Below, piece after piece: positions 47,389 to 59,765 of a DNA stretch of 64,000 nt. A model generated the notes under the pieces. That model had not been told where the DNA came from. It worked only from the letters and a program-made list of their open reading frames with translations, and did no database searches. The stretch lies in assembly GCA_013416795.1 (NCBI GenBank), contig RQSC01001231.1, positions 2,514 to 66,513 of the forward strand. The letters run 5' to 3'. Made by a program: the position numbers and the translations under genes. The stretch comes from Prasinococcaceae sp. CCMP 1430 (Eukaryota > Plantae > Prasinodermophyta). The first letter of the stretch is position 1; each line of letters opens with the position of its first letter.

Positions 47389-47703
47389 CTACTGCGCCCC
47401 GGACTCCTCCGGGGTCTTGGCCTTGATCGACAACGCGTGTATTGTCTCCATGAGGTCGCCCAGCGATTCATAGATCAGCCTGTGGCGCTGGATCAGGCGC
47501 AGGCCGTCGAACTTCTCACTGATGACCTCAACGTTGAAGTGCGTCTCGGCGTCTGCCGCGCCATCTGGGTTGCCGCTGTGGCCTGCGTGCGCCGCCGAGT
47601 CGTTCGTGACGGTCAGCGACACCGGCTTCAGAGCGCCGAGCCGCTCGACGATCGCGCGATACGTCGGCAGGCGCGCTGTCGCGGCAGCAGTCGCCGACGA
47701 CAT
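47389..47703 (-). CDS. BolA-family protein (BolA1-like)
   Basis: NDSAAHAGH, ETHFNVEVISEKFDG, RHRLIY and IHALSI. Confidence 0.93.
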   Translation of the reverse strand: MSSATAAATARLPTYRAIVERLGALKPVSLTVTNDSAAHAGHSGNPDGAADAETHFNVEVISEKFDGLRLIQRHRLIYESLGDLMETIHALSIKAKTPEESGAQ

Positions 47704-47978
47704 GTCTGAAACCGCGACCGTCCCGAACCTCCTGCCCCGCCACGCCCGCCCTCTTCAGCACACCAGGCCGCTCGCGCACCGCCCGGGCGCGCTGTGCGGC
47801 GCGCGGCGCGCTGTGTGGCCGGCCCGCCCCGCCCGCGCCCCAGCGCGCTTGATGTACGTTTTGCCATCACTCTGATACTGTGCCGAGTCCCTCCGAGCAG
47901 ACGGAGGGGCAGGAGGCGCACTGCTGCGCTGGGTGCGCGGCTGGAGACCACACGCCGCACGCGTGCCGGCGGGGCGCG

Positions 47979-50400
47979 ATGGCGCCGCTGGCGCCGCCCG
48001 CGGCGTGTGTGGACGCCTCGACCGCGTACGAGCAGCCGCTGCTGGAGCGCGTGCTGCGCGCGCGCGGGTGGGCGGTGCCCGCGTCCGCGGCGGCCGCATC
48101 CTTGGCGGCGAGTGGTGGCGCGCCACTGCTGCAGCTGCGCAGCGCGCGCGACGTGGACTGGGGGCCGGTGCTGAGCGGGAGGTGCGCAGCGAGTGCGCTG
48201 GCGGTTCGCACAGCGCTCACGCGCAAGGCTGAGCTCGCGCGTGCGCTCGCACGCGACGCAGCCGCGCGCAGGCGCACGCCGGCGACCGGCCACGTCGAGC
48301 CGGAGGCCAACTCTCCCGAGACGTACGTTATCGACGAGGACGATGACACATCCGAAAGCGATGGTGATGGTGACTTTGCGGATGGCGATAATAGCCAGGG
48401 CTCACGCCTCGATACGATCGGCCGCGCCTGGGCCGCCGCGAGAGGGCGCGGAGGCGTGTGGGTGCTCAAGCCCAGCGAAGCCAACCGCGGGCACGCCATT
48501 TCGTTCCTCCGCGCCGACGAGGGAGTGAGAGCGCAAGCGCCGCCAAACAACGGTGAGCGCCATTTGCGATCGCTCATCGCGCGCGGCGGTGGCTTAGGCA
48601 CGCCGTGGGTGCTTCAGCGGCGCGTGGAGCGCCCGTTACTCTACCGTCGCCGCAAAACGCACCTGCGGATCCACTTCGTGTTGTGTGGCGACGCCAGGCT
48701 ACTCGTGCATAGAAACGCGGCGCTTGTGTTGCCGGCTGCGAGAGAGTACGACGCGAGCGCACTTGCAGACAAGCTGGTCCACGTGACAAACCACTGCGTG
48801 CAGAAGAACGCGGCCAAACAGGAGGCACAGGCGCCTGGCGAAGGAGTACGTGCCAAGAACTATGCCCTGCAGGATTTTCTGCAGTATGTCTTGGAGGAGG
48901 GAGACGCCAATGCGCGAGCGTGCGTCGAGTGTGCTGGCGGCGCGCAGTTGGCGTGCGAGTCCATCCTGCGCTCGTGCGGCGCCTCACTTGCATCGGCGGT
49001 GCGCGGTTCGCCCAAGTATGGATTGCTTTTTGCACCCGGCACATTTGAGCTGTTCGGCGCAGACTTCATCGTTGACGACACCCTCCGACCGTGGCTGCTC
49101 GAAATCAATGCTGATCCAAGCATGTCGCTCTTTGAGGAAGAGCGTAAGGAAATGTGCGAGGAAATGTGGGCAAATGTCGTGGATATCGCTGTGCCTGAGG
49201 CGCTGCGCGCACTCGATCTTGACGCCGAAGTCGCGGCAGGGGTGGCCCACCTCACGACGGATGCGGAGATGTGTGATACGACGGACGATGTGTGGATCGA
49301 GGCATGGCATCGGGAGGCAACAAGCACGGCGTCGGCAGCGCGCAAGCGCGCGCGCGCTCTGCTGCAATGCGCCGCTGCGCTGTTGGCAACGAGCCGAGAG
49401 AACGTGCGGATGGGTGGCGGCCGCACTGACGGGGCAGACTTTGGCAGCAGCAATCGTTGGCGCGTGTCGTGGTCGGAGAGCGAGCGAGGTAGCAGAATCG
49501 CTGCGAATGCCATCTGCACACGGCCGGGATGGAGCATCGACGCGCGTGGCCAGCGCGGGGGTGCCGCACATGTGCAGTGGGTCTCACACTCGGTGCGTCA
49601 GCGCGCGCGACTCACGCGTGCTTGCCGTGTGTCGATGTGCGCGTCGTCCTGTGGAGCCACGAGCGCTCGCTTTCCTTGCATCTGCGTCGAGCTGACGGCA
49701 GCCAGTATCTGGCCCTCTCTCGTAGGAGGTCGCTTGGGATCGCGTCATAGATGGGCGGGCGACTGCGGCGCATTTCTTCGCTCGCTCTGCTCTAATTGGC
49801 GCACATGCGCCTGCCCCGTCGGCAGCCAGCTCGGCGCTGTCGGCTTCTGGCGTGAGCGCAACGCGGATCCTGCCAGTGCCGCTTTTGCTCATGGGCACGC
49901 TCGATGTTGCCGCACACGCCGCATGGTGTACTTCTGCCACCAAGTCAGTGGATTCCCGCGTCATTTCTTTGTGCGTTGAGCGCGCACTCTGCGCAGTGCG
50001 ACATGTGGTTGCACAACAGCAGGACGGCGGTAGGACGGACTCGAGCGTCAGTGGCGCTCGAAAGAGCTTTCTGCCGATGCCGGGGACGTTCGAGCTCGTG
50101 GTAGCACTGGTTGACTCAAATTCAGGTCACTGGAACCTCGAAGCTTTTGACACGTCCAAAGCATGCTGGGCGGACGGCGATGAAGTGATCGATGGCGGTA
50201 CTGCAAAAATGGCGAGTATGAGCAACGATGCAATGACCTGTGTCCTCGAGGACGCTGGCCACGCTGTCGCGGCGGCGATTGAATCGGGCGCCCCACGCGG
50301 CCCGCTTTCGCTGGGACTGCAGAGGGGACTTAGCGGCGAGGTGCTCACGCCCAAGGGCTTCCACAGCGCCATACACGTGCCATGGCAATCTCAAAAGTAA
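47979..50400 (+). CDS. Tubulin-tyrosine ligase family ATP-grasp protein with a degenerate C-terminal repeat (3' exons uncertain)
   Basis: WVLKPSEANRG, LQRRVERPLL, HVTNHCVQK and FELFGADFIVDDTLRPWLLEINADP. Confidence 0.85.
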
Positions 50401-50543
50401 TATGTGTACATGGTCTGCGCCCAGAGTCACCAATTACCAGCAGCTTGTACGGTCACCGCAGTCGGCGTCTAGCTGACATGCCTGAACCTGCTTCGGTCTT
50501 TTTGGCGGTGTCCGCTCCCCTGTTCGGCGGTTCCGTGCAGTCG

Positions 50544-52668
50544 TCATCGCGCGTCCTCGCCCGCGGCCAGTCGCTGGAGATACCTCAGGTTCTCTGGAGG
50601 AGTGTGCGCGGTGTCAGAGCTTGCACGCTAGAGGGGACGCGTTGGCGTACGCACTCGATCAGGTCCGCGCGCATGAGGGATGTGTATGCCCACCGCTGCA
50701 CATTCACGCACCTAGCATTGCCTGTCCCCCGCGTACTTTTGCTTCAAACTGTGCCTTCACCGCCCTTTCCGAATCTTTCGCTGCTTGTGCGTCCTTCATA
50801 GCCCTCTCCTCTGCTTTATGTCTGTGCAACTTCTTCTTCTTGAGATACCTGCCGAGGGAGTCGATCACGTCGTGTAGATGCATGATGTTGTCACGCACAC
50901 CACGTGTTCGCACGCTGCGTGTCAGCGCGCTGACAGGCCTGAACGACTCGCGCTTTGTCGACATACGCTCGTGGCTGCCTCGCAGCGCCTGCGCACCTTA
51001 GCACGTGCTTTTGGATCGTTTTCGCTGCTTGCTCCATTTCAAGGGTCGGAGCTGGCCTGAACATGGTGCGGTCGAGGTGCCTACCAAGCAGGCCGCTGGC
51101 GCCGACTTCGCCGTCGGACGCGGCGGTGGCTTCGGCAGCAGTGAGCTTCCGCCGCGGAGTCGCGGTCGCGACCGTTCCGAGCCCTCCCTTCTCTAGGATC
51201 ATTGTGCCATCCCAAGGCGTGATCATGCCTTGGCCAGTGGGAATCCAGCCTGCGATTCCCGTGCACCCATTGGAGTTGACTAGCATGAGGGTGTGGTCAA
51301 CATCACGTGAAGCCGATCGTGAGACCGCGATCTGCGCAACCTCGCCCTCGGCACGTACACCTCCCTCCGGCATCCCTGAGCCGTCCCCGCTTTGTTCAGC
51401 GAGCTCAGGCGAGCCCCCCCTGCTGGTGGGCATGTCAGCGGGGATGCGGTGGCGGCGCTTGTAGATGCTGCTGGGAGAGAACGGCCCTAGATCAAAGTTC
51501 TTCCGCAACGGCGCCGACGGCAGCTTGGTGTTCAAGGGCTTGACTGTGAGGCGCGCGTACTCGCCAGCCTCGACTTCGACAGCCTTAACGATGGCGCCGA
51601 GAGCCAAGCGTGTAGACTCGTACATAGGCGAGTTGATGAGCATGGGCTCCAACTCGATAACTCTGTGCACCAGCGCGCGCACGGCATGCAACACGCCGAG
51701 CGCCGCGAACTCGGGTCGCGCGAGCACGCGCGGAGGCACCTCCTTCCACGCAAGCACCAACGACTCGAGCAGCTTGAGAGTGTCCTTTGCCGCGCGACCG
51801 GCCAGCGTTGCTGAATTCGCGACGTCCCAAACCTCCATGAGCATCCGCGAGCAGTTCTCGGCGATGTGTGCGGGGAGCGGTGCTTGCAGGTGCAGCACGT
51901 GCAGGCCGCTGTCCATGTGCAAGATTGGGGCGTCCTTGAGCATGGTGATCATCAGTACCAGCAGCTCGGGCAACAACTCGGTCATCTGCGGATCGATGCG
52001 CACTTGCGACGCCGTCGAGGTCGACCAGCCCTTCTCTCGTCCGGTGAGCAGCATCGGCAGTACCGCCACCAGCGGCGCGTTGTCGTGCCCGAAGGGGACG
52101 CACAGTAGCGCCTTGCAGATCTCCAGCGCGGTGGCCAGCGAGCTGCTGCCCTTGGACTCGTTGCGCAGCTGCCGCCGAGCGCGAGGCGGCAACGCGCACC
52201 GCGGCACGCACGCGAGGCGGACGGCATCAGCACCAAGGCGCGCGGCGGGGCACGACGCGCTCTCGCACGGGCGATCGTGGCGCGCGAGCGGGCGCGTACC
52301 TCGAATGTGAGCGCCCTCACGCCTGCAACCGTTCGCAGGGCCGCCCTGACCCTAGGCGGTGCGACCTCGAGCTCCCAGTAGCGCAGCTGGTCGACGAGCG
52401 CCGGATCGTTTGCGAAGTACAGCGCGAGGCGCATCACGTGGCGGCACGCATCCGCGCGGGGTAGCTGCTGCAGAAGGTGCGGCTCGACACGCGGGTACCG
52501 CCGGCTGGTGCGCAGCGCTTGGTAGGCATCTCTATCGGGCGCGACAGGTTTGAGCGACGGCGACACGGAGAGCGACGGTCCGCCACGCGGCCCACCCTGC
52601 GCCGACGCAGGCTGCTCCGCCCCGCCATACCGCGCTGAGATCGCCGCCCGCCGACGCGAGAGCGTCAT
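50544..52668 (-). CDS. Multi-exon hypothetical protein with a helical core and an IQ-like segment
   Basis: Protein-like frames at 52668-52330, 52170-51000 and 50964-50720 are separated by GT..AG-bounded GC-rich stretches. EQAAKTIQKH is IQ-like. Boundaries are approximate. Confidence 0.5.
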
Positions 52669-53415
52669 CGCCGCGCGCTCGCGCTCGCCCACCCCCCTTG
52701 CGCGCGCTGTGGCGGCGCGCGCAGCCCCCACCCCACCCCAACTACCTGCGCCATCCACCGGTAGGTCCACGCGAGTGCGTACAGCGGGCGTCCCCCAACC
52801 ACCCAGCTGCATGCGCGCTCGCGCGCCCCGCGATCCGGTTGGCGCCCGAAGGGGAAAGGGGCACGCCGCGACGTCCGGGACCCTTTTTTTTCTTTTTTTT
52901 TTGGGGGGGGCAGACCGCCCGCGGTTGGGATTTCGCGCTTCGCAACCTTCTTTTCGGGCCGTTTTCGCCTGCGAAACGGTCTCAACGCGCGCCCGACCCG
53001 CCGGATCCGCGACACGATTCCAGAACTCCGCTGTAGTCTTTTTTCTCTCTCTTTTTTTCTCTCTTTCGTTGCAAGGTGGGCTCTCCGGTGGGTGCATGGG
53101 TTGGGCCCGCGTTTGTGCGGACGGGGTCCCGTCGGAACATCGGATGTAAACCCTGTCATATACCCGTATTATGGCTTCGACAAGCCCCCTGGGATGGTGC
53201 ACCTGCCCGTGTGACGTGAGGACGCCTTGGCTTGGCGCAGGCCGCTCGCGGGCCGATGGCTGTCTGCGCGCGCGCGCGCGCGCGAGCGCGGGCGAGCGCG
53301 CAATCGGGGAACGGAACTCGGCGACGCCGCGGCGGTGCGCGCCACACTCTCGCGCGGGAGGGGAGAAGGAGGCACGCCCGTGCGCGTGCGGGTGGGTTTG
53401 GGGGGGGGGGGAGGG

Positions 53416-54629
53416 ATGGCGCGGGCGGCGCTGCCGCCGCTGGTGCTGGTGACGAATGACGACGGCGTGGGAGCACCCGGTATCAGCGCGCTCGTCCGCG
53501 CGCTCGCACGCGGGGGCCGCTTCCGCCCGATCGTGTGCGCGCCCGCGCGAGACCGCAGCGGCGTGAGCCACTCGCTCACCATCCACGGCGCGCTGAAGGC
53601 AGAGCGCGCCAGAGAGCCGGGAGTGGGCGAGCTGGCTTCGGTGGCGTGCCACGGATCGCCGGCAGACTGCATTGGATTCGCGCTGTCTGGCGTGCCCTTC
53701 GGATTGCCAGAGGTGCGTGGCGTGCGGCGCCCGCTTCAGCCGATCCCGCGCCTGCGCCTGCGCTGGTGGCGCGCCCGGCGCTGGTAGAGCGCTGACAGGA
53801 GCCGGTTGTCCCCCTCCCCCCCCCCCGAGGTCGCACGCAGCAAGGGTGCGTAGCCGTCGTGTCGGGCGTGAACCGTGGAACAAATTGCGGCAGCAACGTA
53901 GTCTACAGCGGCACGTTGTCGGGCGCACGCGAGGCGACCATGCGTGGCGTGCCCGTCAGCCTCGCCGTTTCGACATGCAGCGAGAAGCCATCTGCGGCGG
54001 CGTTCGACATCGCTGCCGAAATTGCCGCCGGTCTGTTGGTCAAGATTCTCGCCGATAGGGCTGAAGACGAGCGCAGGGAGCAGCAGGGCGGGCCGAGCGG
54101 TGTTACCTGTCCGACTGCCGCGCAGTCTCAACCCGCGCGCGGCGCGTCGCAGCTCCTGCTGAGCATCAACGTTCCCTCCGTAGACCGGCTAGAGGAGCTC
54201 AAGGGGATCCGACTCACGCGACAGGGTGACGAGTACATCGAGCCATTTTTTGAGGAGGTCCTCGAAAGCGGAGAGGCGCTTCCGGAGGGTCACGCCGCGC
54301 CGCCCTCGGAGAGCGTGGCGCCGGACGTCACGCTGAACATGCCACCTGCGGGGGAGGGCACGCGGAGCTTCATGAATCGGATCGCAGCTTGGATGCCCAC
54401 GTCGAGCGATGACCCGCTGGTGGACTCAAACGCCACAGCCTCGGGGTACGTGTCTTGCACGGCGGTGCAGATCGACCAGGGCGCTTCGCCGGGCAACGGC
54501 GGCGACGAGGCACGCCGGCTTGTGGACGCCGCCAACTCGCCCGAGTGCGGATTGGCGGGGCTCATCGCGGCCATTGATAGCGCAGGCGGGGGGTCGCCGG
54601 CGGAGGCTGTTGCGCCGAGCACGCAATGA
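53416..54629 (+). CDS. surE: SurE 5'/3'-nucleotidase; intron 53713-53840
   Basis: LVTNDDGV, PARDRSGVSHSLT, GSPADC, VSGVNRGTNCG and YSGTLSGAREA. Confidence 0.93.
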
Positions 54630-54705
54630 GCGGGCGGTGCGTGGAGGGAAGTAATATATTCACACATTCACATTACCCGCAGCTCACGCTTACCAACAGC
54701 TCATG

Positions 54706-56058
54706 CTATACGAGCGGATGGAAGGCCGTAGCGGTCGCTGGCCTGTCGTCGACGCCCACGAGCATGAACAGGTCGGCGAGCATCTGCCGCTTGGCTCCCT
54801 CCGTCACTGAGCCCTCGGTGGCCTTGAGGCTGGGTGTGCCGTTTATCTCGAGCAGCCATGGTCGCAGCTGCGCGTCGATGAGGATGTCCGCCCCCAGGAT
54901 GGAGAAGCTGCTGTCGGACACATTCCTGTTAGCATCCCATGCCTGGGCATACACCTCGAGGGCATCCTCGGCGACGCCGTCCGCGTTGGCGGCCATGGCG
55001 CGCTGGAGGCACTTCCTGATCTTTTCCCACATCTCATCGAACGTCAAGCGGCTCTCAAGCCCACTCGTGCCCCAATATTCGCGCAGCGTCTCTATCGACC
55101 AAACCTCCGCCTCGGTGTTCAGAGCGGCGTTAGTGAGCCCCCCGCCATCGCTATCATACTCGTCCTCGGCGAACAGCACCAGCCCGCCGCTGTAGAGGGA
55201 GGCCTTCAAAGTAGGATAGGTCTGCTGTAGCATCACCCACAAGCGCAGCCCGAACTTGCGCCCGTTGTCCAGGATGAGCGGCGGGTCGATGTAGCGCTGG
55301 GCCATCGTGTAGGGTTTGTCCTTTGACGCGCGTGGGAGCGGTGGGACGCTCTCACTGGTGCCGCATCCTCCTATGTCGGGGTCGAGGCAGCTTACGATGC
55401 GTAGGTCCCTGCCGAGGTGAGCGCTATTCTTGAGCATCCAGCGCGAGGAGGGTTCGGACTCCATGGCCGCGCGCCACTGCGTCTCCTCCTCCGGTAGGAA
55501 AAACGTTTCGGGCACCGGCGTCACGGCCAGCCCATCTTTGCGTTTGCCGAACACGTGCTGCACCGCCCGGGGCATGGTGGTCTTGCCAGTGAGCCGATAC
55601 ACGCCCGGCAGGCAATTCAGCTGCTGTGCGGGGCGAACTCCCTCCGTGTGCACCGGCAAGCATCGCCGCGTGGGCGTCCACAGCACGTCCCACTTGTCGA
55701 GGTTGTCGATGGCCAGGCTTTTATTCGCGCTTGGATGCCATGCCCACGCGGCAGCTGCGGCATGGCCGGTGCGCTCTCCGGAGTGCGGCTTGGCGTGCGG
55801 GTGCGCCGGCTCGCACCCCGCGAGGTCTAACGCCTCGGCGACCAGCCGCGTCTCGCCCACCTTGAAGCGATGGGTCTCGATCCACGCGCGACATCGGGCA
55901 GTGCTCTCCGCAGTGCCCTCGCCTGGCTCCCGTCGCTCGCACCCGCGCAGCTTGTCCCGGTAGTACCCCGCCGCGCCGAGCGCAGCGGCGAGCGCCGCCA
56001 CGAGCGCTGCGCGCTGCAGAGCTGCCGCTCGCCCGCGCGCCGCCGCTCCAGGCGCCAT
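54706..56058 (-). CDS. TTL/TTLL-family ATP-grasp ligase with an N-terminal signal anchor
   Basis: WDVLWT, NCLPG, PETFFLP, QRYIDPPLI, RKFGLRLW and ILGADILIDAQLRPWLLEINGTPSL; hydrophobic AALVAALAAALGAAGYY near the N-terminus. Confidence 0.85.
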   Translation of the reverse strand: MAPGAAARGRAAALQRAALVAALAAALGAAGYYRDKLRGCERREPGEGTAESTARCRAWIETHRFKVGETRLVAEALDLAGCEPAHPHAKPHSGERTGHAAAAAWAWHPSANKSLAIDNLDKWDVLWTPTRRCLPVHTEGVRPAQQLNCLPGVYRLTGKTTMPRAVQHVFGKRKDGLAVTPVPETFFLPEEETQWRAAMESEPSSRWMLKNSAHLGRDLRIVSCLDPDIGGCGTSESVPPLPRASKDKPYTMAQRYIDPPLILDNGRKFGLRLWVMLQQTYPTLKASLYSGGLVLFAEDEYDSDGGGLTNAALNTEAEVWSIETLREYWGTSGLESRLTFDEMWEKIRKCLQRAMAANADGVAEDALEVYAQAWDANRNVSDSSFSILGADILIDAQLRPWLLEINGTPSLKATEGSVTEGAKRQMLADLFMLVGVDDRPATATAFHPLV

Positions 56059-56244
56059 CGCCGCCAGGGCGTCGGCGCGGGCGCGGCCACGCTCGCGCTG
56101 TGGCGCGCGCGCACAAACGTCGCGCCGTTTCCTCAACAGCCCCCCTCTCTGCGGCACACGCCCGGAGACACGCGCCGCGAACGTTGTACATTCCCAGACT
56201 ACTTTTCCATTTCCCACCTGTTGACGTGATGTACAATTATTAAT

Positions 56245-57357
56245 TTGGTCAAACAAAACCACGGGCGATCATTCAAGCCCACCGCCCACGCACGGCAAAA
56301 TGCAAGCGCGATCTGCGCGGGCGCGGTGCGCGCGGCGGCCCCCGGCCCCGGGGGCGGATCGAGCGCGCACGTCGTCAGGGCGGCGTGGTTCCCGCGCGCG
56401 GCGCAGCGGCCCGGCGCGGGCGCGTGGGTGCGCGAGGTGGAGCGCGCACTCAAGAAGAACGGCGGGTGCTACGAGGCGAAGTACGCACAGCTCGCGACCA
56501 TCGAAAAGGGCGAGGCGGGAGACGGTGCGTGCCGGGGAGGCGGGCGACCCCCGCGAGTGGCGCGAGTGGCGCGAGCAGGCGCGCAAACGCCGGCCGCAGC
56601 GAGCGAGCGCGCGCACTGACAGAGCTCACCCGCCCTCGGCGGTTCTCGCCCCTTCGGCGCCACTCTCGAGTCCTCAGATGGGATCCCTGCAATGCTGCCG
56701 CGAGTGCGCACCATTGTGTTTCGCTCGTTCCTGAACGCGCCGACCGCGCCGGGTGCGCCAAGCAGCAAGACTGAGACGCTCGAATTCATCACCGACCGCC
56801 GCAGCCGCAAGTGCAACCAACTGCTAGAGCATTCTGCCGCGGAGCTCTCGTGGTACTTCCCGCGAACGCGCGAGCAATTTCGCGTAGCGGGCCAGCTCAA
56901 GCTCGTCGGCGCCGATGCCGACGAGTATGGCATGGGCCACATGCTGGAGGCTCGCCTGAGGCGGTGGAAGGTGCGAGCCCACGCGCCGGTCCCGTGCGCT
57001 CGCGCGAGCTCGGTCGCCGCCGCCGCGCGTCACGGTGCCGCAAGCTGACCTGCGCTTGCATGGCGTATCACCAAGGGGGGCATGAGCGACAACGCCCGCG
57101 CTCAGTTCATGTGGCCCGAGCCCGCCGCGTCGCGCGAGCAGCTTTCGGATGCCGCCGCGCAGGAGGAGAAGGACAAGACCGACTTCGTGCCCGAGCCGCC
57201 GCTTGGGCCCGACAGCGAGCCCACCGACGCTTTTTGCCTCCTGCTGCTCGAGCCAAGCTCGGTGGACCACCTGGTGCTTAAGGGCTTCCCGCAGAAACGC
57301 ACCCTGTACAAGCTGGGCGATGACGGCGAGTGGAGCGAACAGCGCGTCAATCCGTAA
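56245..57357 (+). CDS. Pyridoxamine 5'-phosphate oxidase-related FMN-binding protein (Alr4036/PPOX2-like), three exons
   Basis: YAQLATI, PRVRTIVFR, TDRRSRK, WYFPRTREQFRVAG, RAQFMWPEP and FCLLLLEPSSVDHLVL. Confidence 0.85.
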
Positions 57358-57508
57358 TAGCGCGATCACTGCGAGGTAATAATGCCGACCGCAATGGGTT
57401 ATTCAGACAGCGCGGGCGCGGCTCGCGCAGCCTTGGCTCCGCATAGGAGCACGCGCGTCTGGCCAAGAAAGAAATTCTGGCGCGCCTCAAGCGCGCTACA
57501 TCATCGCA

Positions 57509-58867
57509 TCATAGGTGGTCCTGTAGCTTCTTGAAGCCCTCCACCGACACCGAGCGGAAGAGGCCGCTGCCATGGCTGCTCGAGCTGCGCGGGGGCGGCA
57601 CGTCGGTCAGGCACACCACCAACACGCTCACGTTGTCGGTGGTGTGTCGCTTCAGCGCCTCCTTCACCAGCGCGTCCGCGGCAGCCTGTGGATCGTTCTT
57701 GGACTGGCGGAGCACGATGCGCGCGTGCTCTATCGCGCTTTGCGAGCTGAACACCGACCACAGGCCGTCGCACGCCAACACCATGAACTCGTCGCCGTGC
57801 TGCAGCATATACTCCACGACGTCCGGGCGCGCGCTGAGCACGTCCTCCTTTCGCTCAACGTCGGCCCCGTCGTGGTCGTCTCCCGGGACGCGCTTCATCC
57901 CGTGGTGGTGGAAGTCCCCGAGCGCGCGCGCCACGGAGAGCTCGCCATTCACTGCACCGGGAGGTCGAGCGCATCGCCAACGCGCACGCGCGCGCGTCAG
58001 CGACGGCGGGGCGGGGGTCGCAGCATCGACGGCAGCGCGCCGCTGGTGTAGGCGCGGCGCTCGAGGCTCGCGCGACGCACCATATCCGTCGTCCACAAAA
58101 CCGCCCGCCTCCTCGATGCGCGCACGCTCGTTCACGTCCCCCGGGTCGTGATCCTGCGAGAGATCGACAGCCCTCCCGCGGCGGCTCAGCACGCCGCGGC
58201 AGTCGCCGAGATTGGCGACGACCGTTCGCCTGCCCCACAGGAGCACGAGCAGCGCCGTCGCGCCGCTCTCTTCAATCTCACCCGCGCTCGTCGCCTGGTA
58301 TACGTCGGCGTCGGCCGCGGCGAACGAGCGCTCGAGCAGCGCGCGCATGGCGTCCGCATCCACGCCGGCCCCGCCGGTGCACGCCCTGCGCAGCTCTGCC
58401 GTGACGCTGTCGCGCAGGTGCGGCGCCGCGAAGCGCGCCGTGTCGGGCCCGCTGTGCCCGTCGAGCATGAGATAAAGCGCCGCTGGCGCGGGGAGGCCGC
58501 TGACATCGCCATCGGCCTGCGACCCTCCGTGGTCGCCCGCCCCGCTCGCCCCGACGCCCTGCACCGCCGCCGAGGCCGCTGGCGATTCCGCCGCGGCGCG
58601 GAGGCTCTCCGAGAGGTCGTCGACCGCCAGGTGGAAGTCCTCCATGTGCTGCCGCGCCCCGACGTCCTGCGCCGACGCGGAGCGCACCCGCGGCCTCCAG
58701 TCGGCCGGGTCCTTGTCCTCGTCGATGGGGCGCAGCTCGTCGCCCGCGAACGAGCCGGCGAGCGACCCGCCCATCGAGCTGTTGCGCGAGACCGGCGCCG
58801 CCGCGGCCTCTGGCTCCTGCCCGGCGTCGTCCTCCCCTCGCACCTCCCCCGGGAGGTCGGATACCAT
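57509..58867 (-). CDS. Protein phosphatase 2C (PPM family)
   Basis: LDGHSG, SGATA, ANLGDCRGVL, DH, ERARIE, GELSVARALGD, LACDGLW and DNVSV. The segment GASREPRA...ARPPGA is probably a retained in-frame intron. Confidence 0.93.
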   Translation of the reverse strand: MVSDLPGEVRGEDDAGQEPEAAAAPVSRNSSMGGSLAGSFAGDELRPIDEDKDPADWRPRVRSASAQDVGARQHMEDFHLAVDDLSESLRAAAESPAASAAVQGVGASGAGDHGGSQADGDVSGLPAPAALYLMLDGHSGPDTARFAAPHLRDSVTAELRRACTGGAGVDADAMRALLERSFAAADADVYQATSAGEIEESGATALLVLLWGRRTVVANLGDCRGVLSRRGRAVDLSQDHDPGDVNERARIEEAGGFVDDGYGASREPRAPRLHQRRAAVDAATPAPPSLTRARARWRCARPPGAVNGELSVARALGDFHHHGMKRVPGDDHDGADVERKEDVLSARPDVVEYMLQHGDEFMVLACDGLWSVFSSQSAIEHARIVLRQSKNDPQAAADALVKEALKRHTTDNVSVLVVCLTDVPPPRSSSSHGSGLFRSVSVEGFKKLQDHL

Positions 58868-59388
58868 GGTCTCCCTTCCGTGCTTGGACCTTGCCCCTCC
58901 TTCCTCGCCCCGCGGCGCGCCCGCCTCGGCCCCAGCCGCGGCCACAGCCCTCGGCCGCCGCCGCGCGCGAAATGAGCCCGCGCCCAGGCTGGCGCTGCCG
59001 CGCGCAGACGGCGGCCCGGCTGGCGCGGCGACGCCCGGCGTCCAAACCAAAACCAAACCGGGCAGACAAACAGACAAAACCGACAACCACACCGTGGCGA
59101 CCCGAATCAAAAAGCAGAACCGCGAACCAAACCAGACCAGACAAGACCGGACCAGCAAAAGACCTGGGTGAACAAGACATATGTACAGTATGGATGCATG
59201 CGTTTCTGCGCTCCAGGCGACGCCAAGGTCAATATGCATGTACAATGTACTGTAAGTCCGCGCCAAAGCGGGTTTCGGAGCGGCGGGCGGCGGTTCCCCG
59301 GCCGGCGCCGAAAATCGAAGTCGGTTGCGAGGCGCGCCACGCGTACGAGCCGCGCGCCGCGCCCCTCTGCTGGCCCGGCCGGGGCCGG

Positions 59389-59723
59389 CGGCGGTCCGCG
59401 GGCGCACGCCCGGCGGTGAGGTCGAGGAGGGGGGGGCGCGGCGCGCGCCCAGCCAGGCCCCGCCTCTCCATCCCCGCCTCGTTCGGCCCTCCACGTTGCC
59501 GCGCGGCCGGCCGCCGCCGCCGCTGCGGTAATCAGGCCGGGAGTGCGGAGAGGGCCGAGACGCGGGCCAGCCAGCAGCATGGTGCGCCGAGGCCGCCTCC
59601 CTCCGGCCATGCGCCCATCTCGATCGGTCGGTGCCGCCGACAGGGACAGGGACACGCTCCATCCGACGATGCGCTCACCCCCCCATCCCCTTCGGTCGGG
59701 GAGCCTCCCGTGCGCTCGCACCC
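59389..59723. repeat. 335-bp direct repeat, copy 1 (abuts the gap)
   Basis: Matches 63621-63955 at an offset of 4232. Confidence 0.93.
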
Positions 59724-59765
59724 TCCCCCGCGCCCTTCCCCTCTCCCCTCCCTCTCCCCCCCCCC

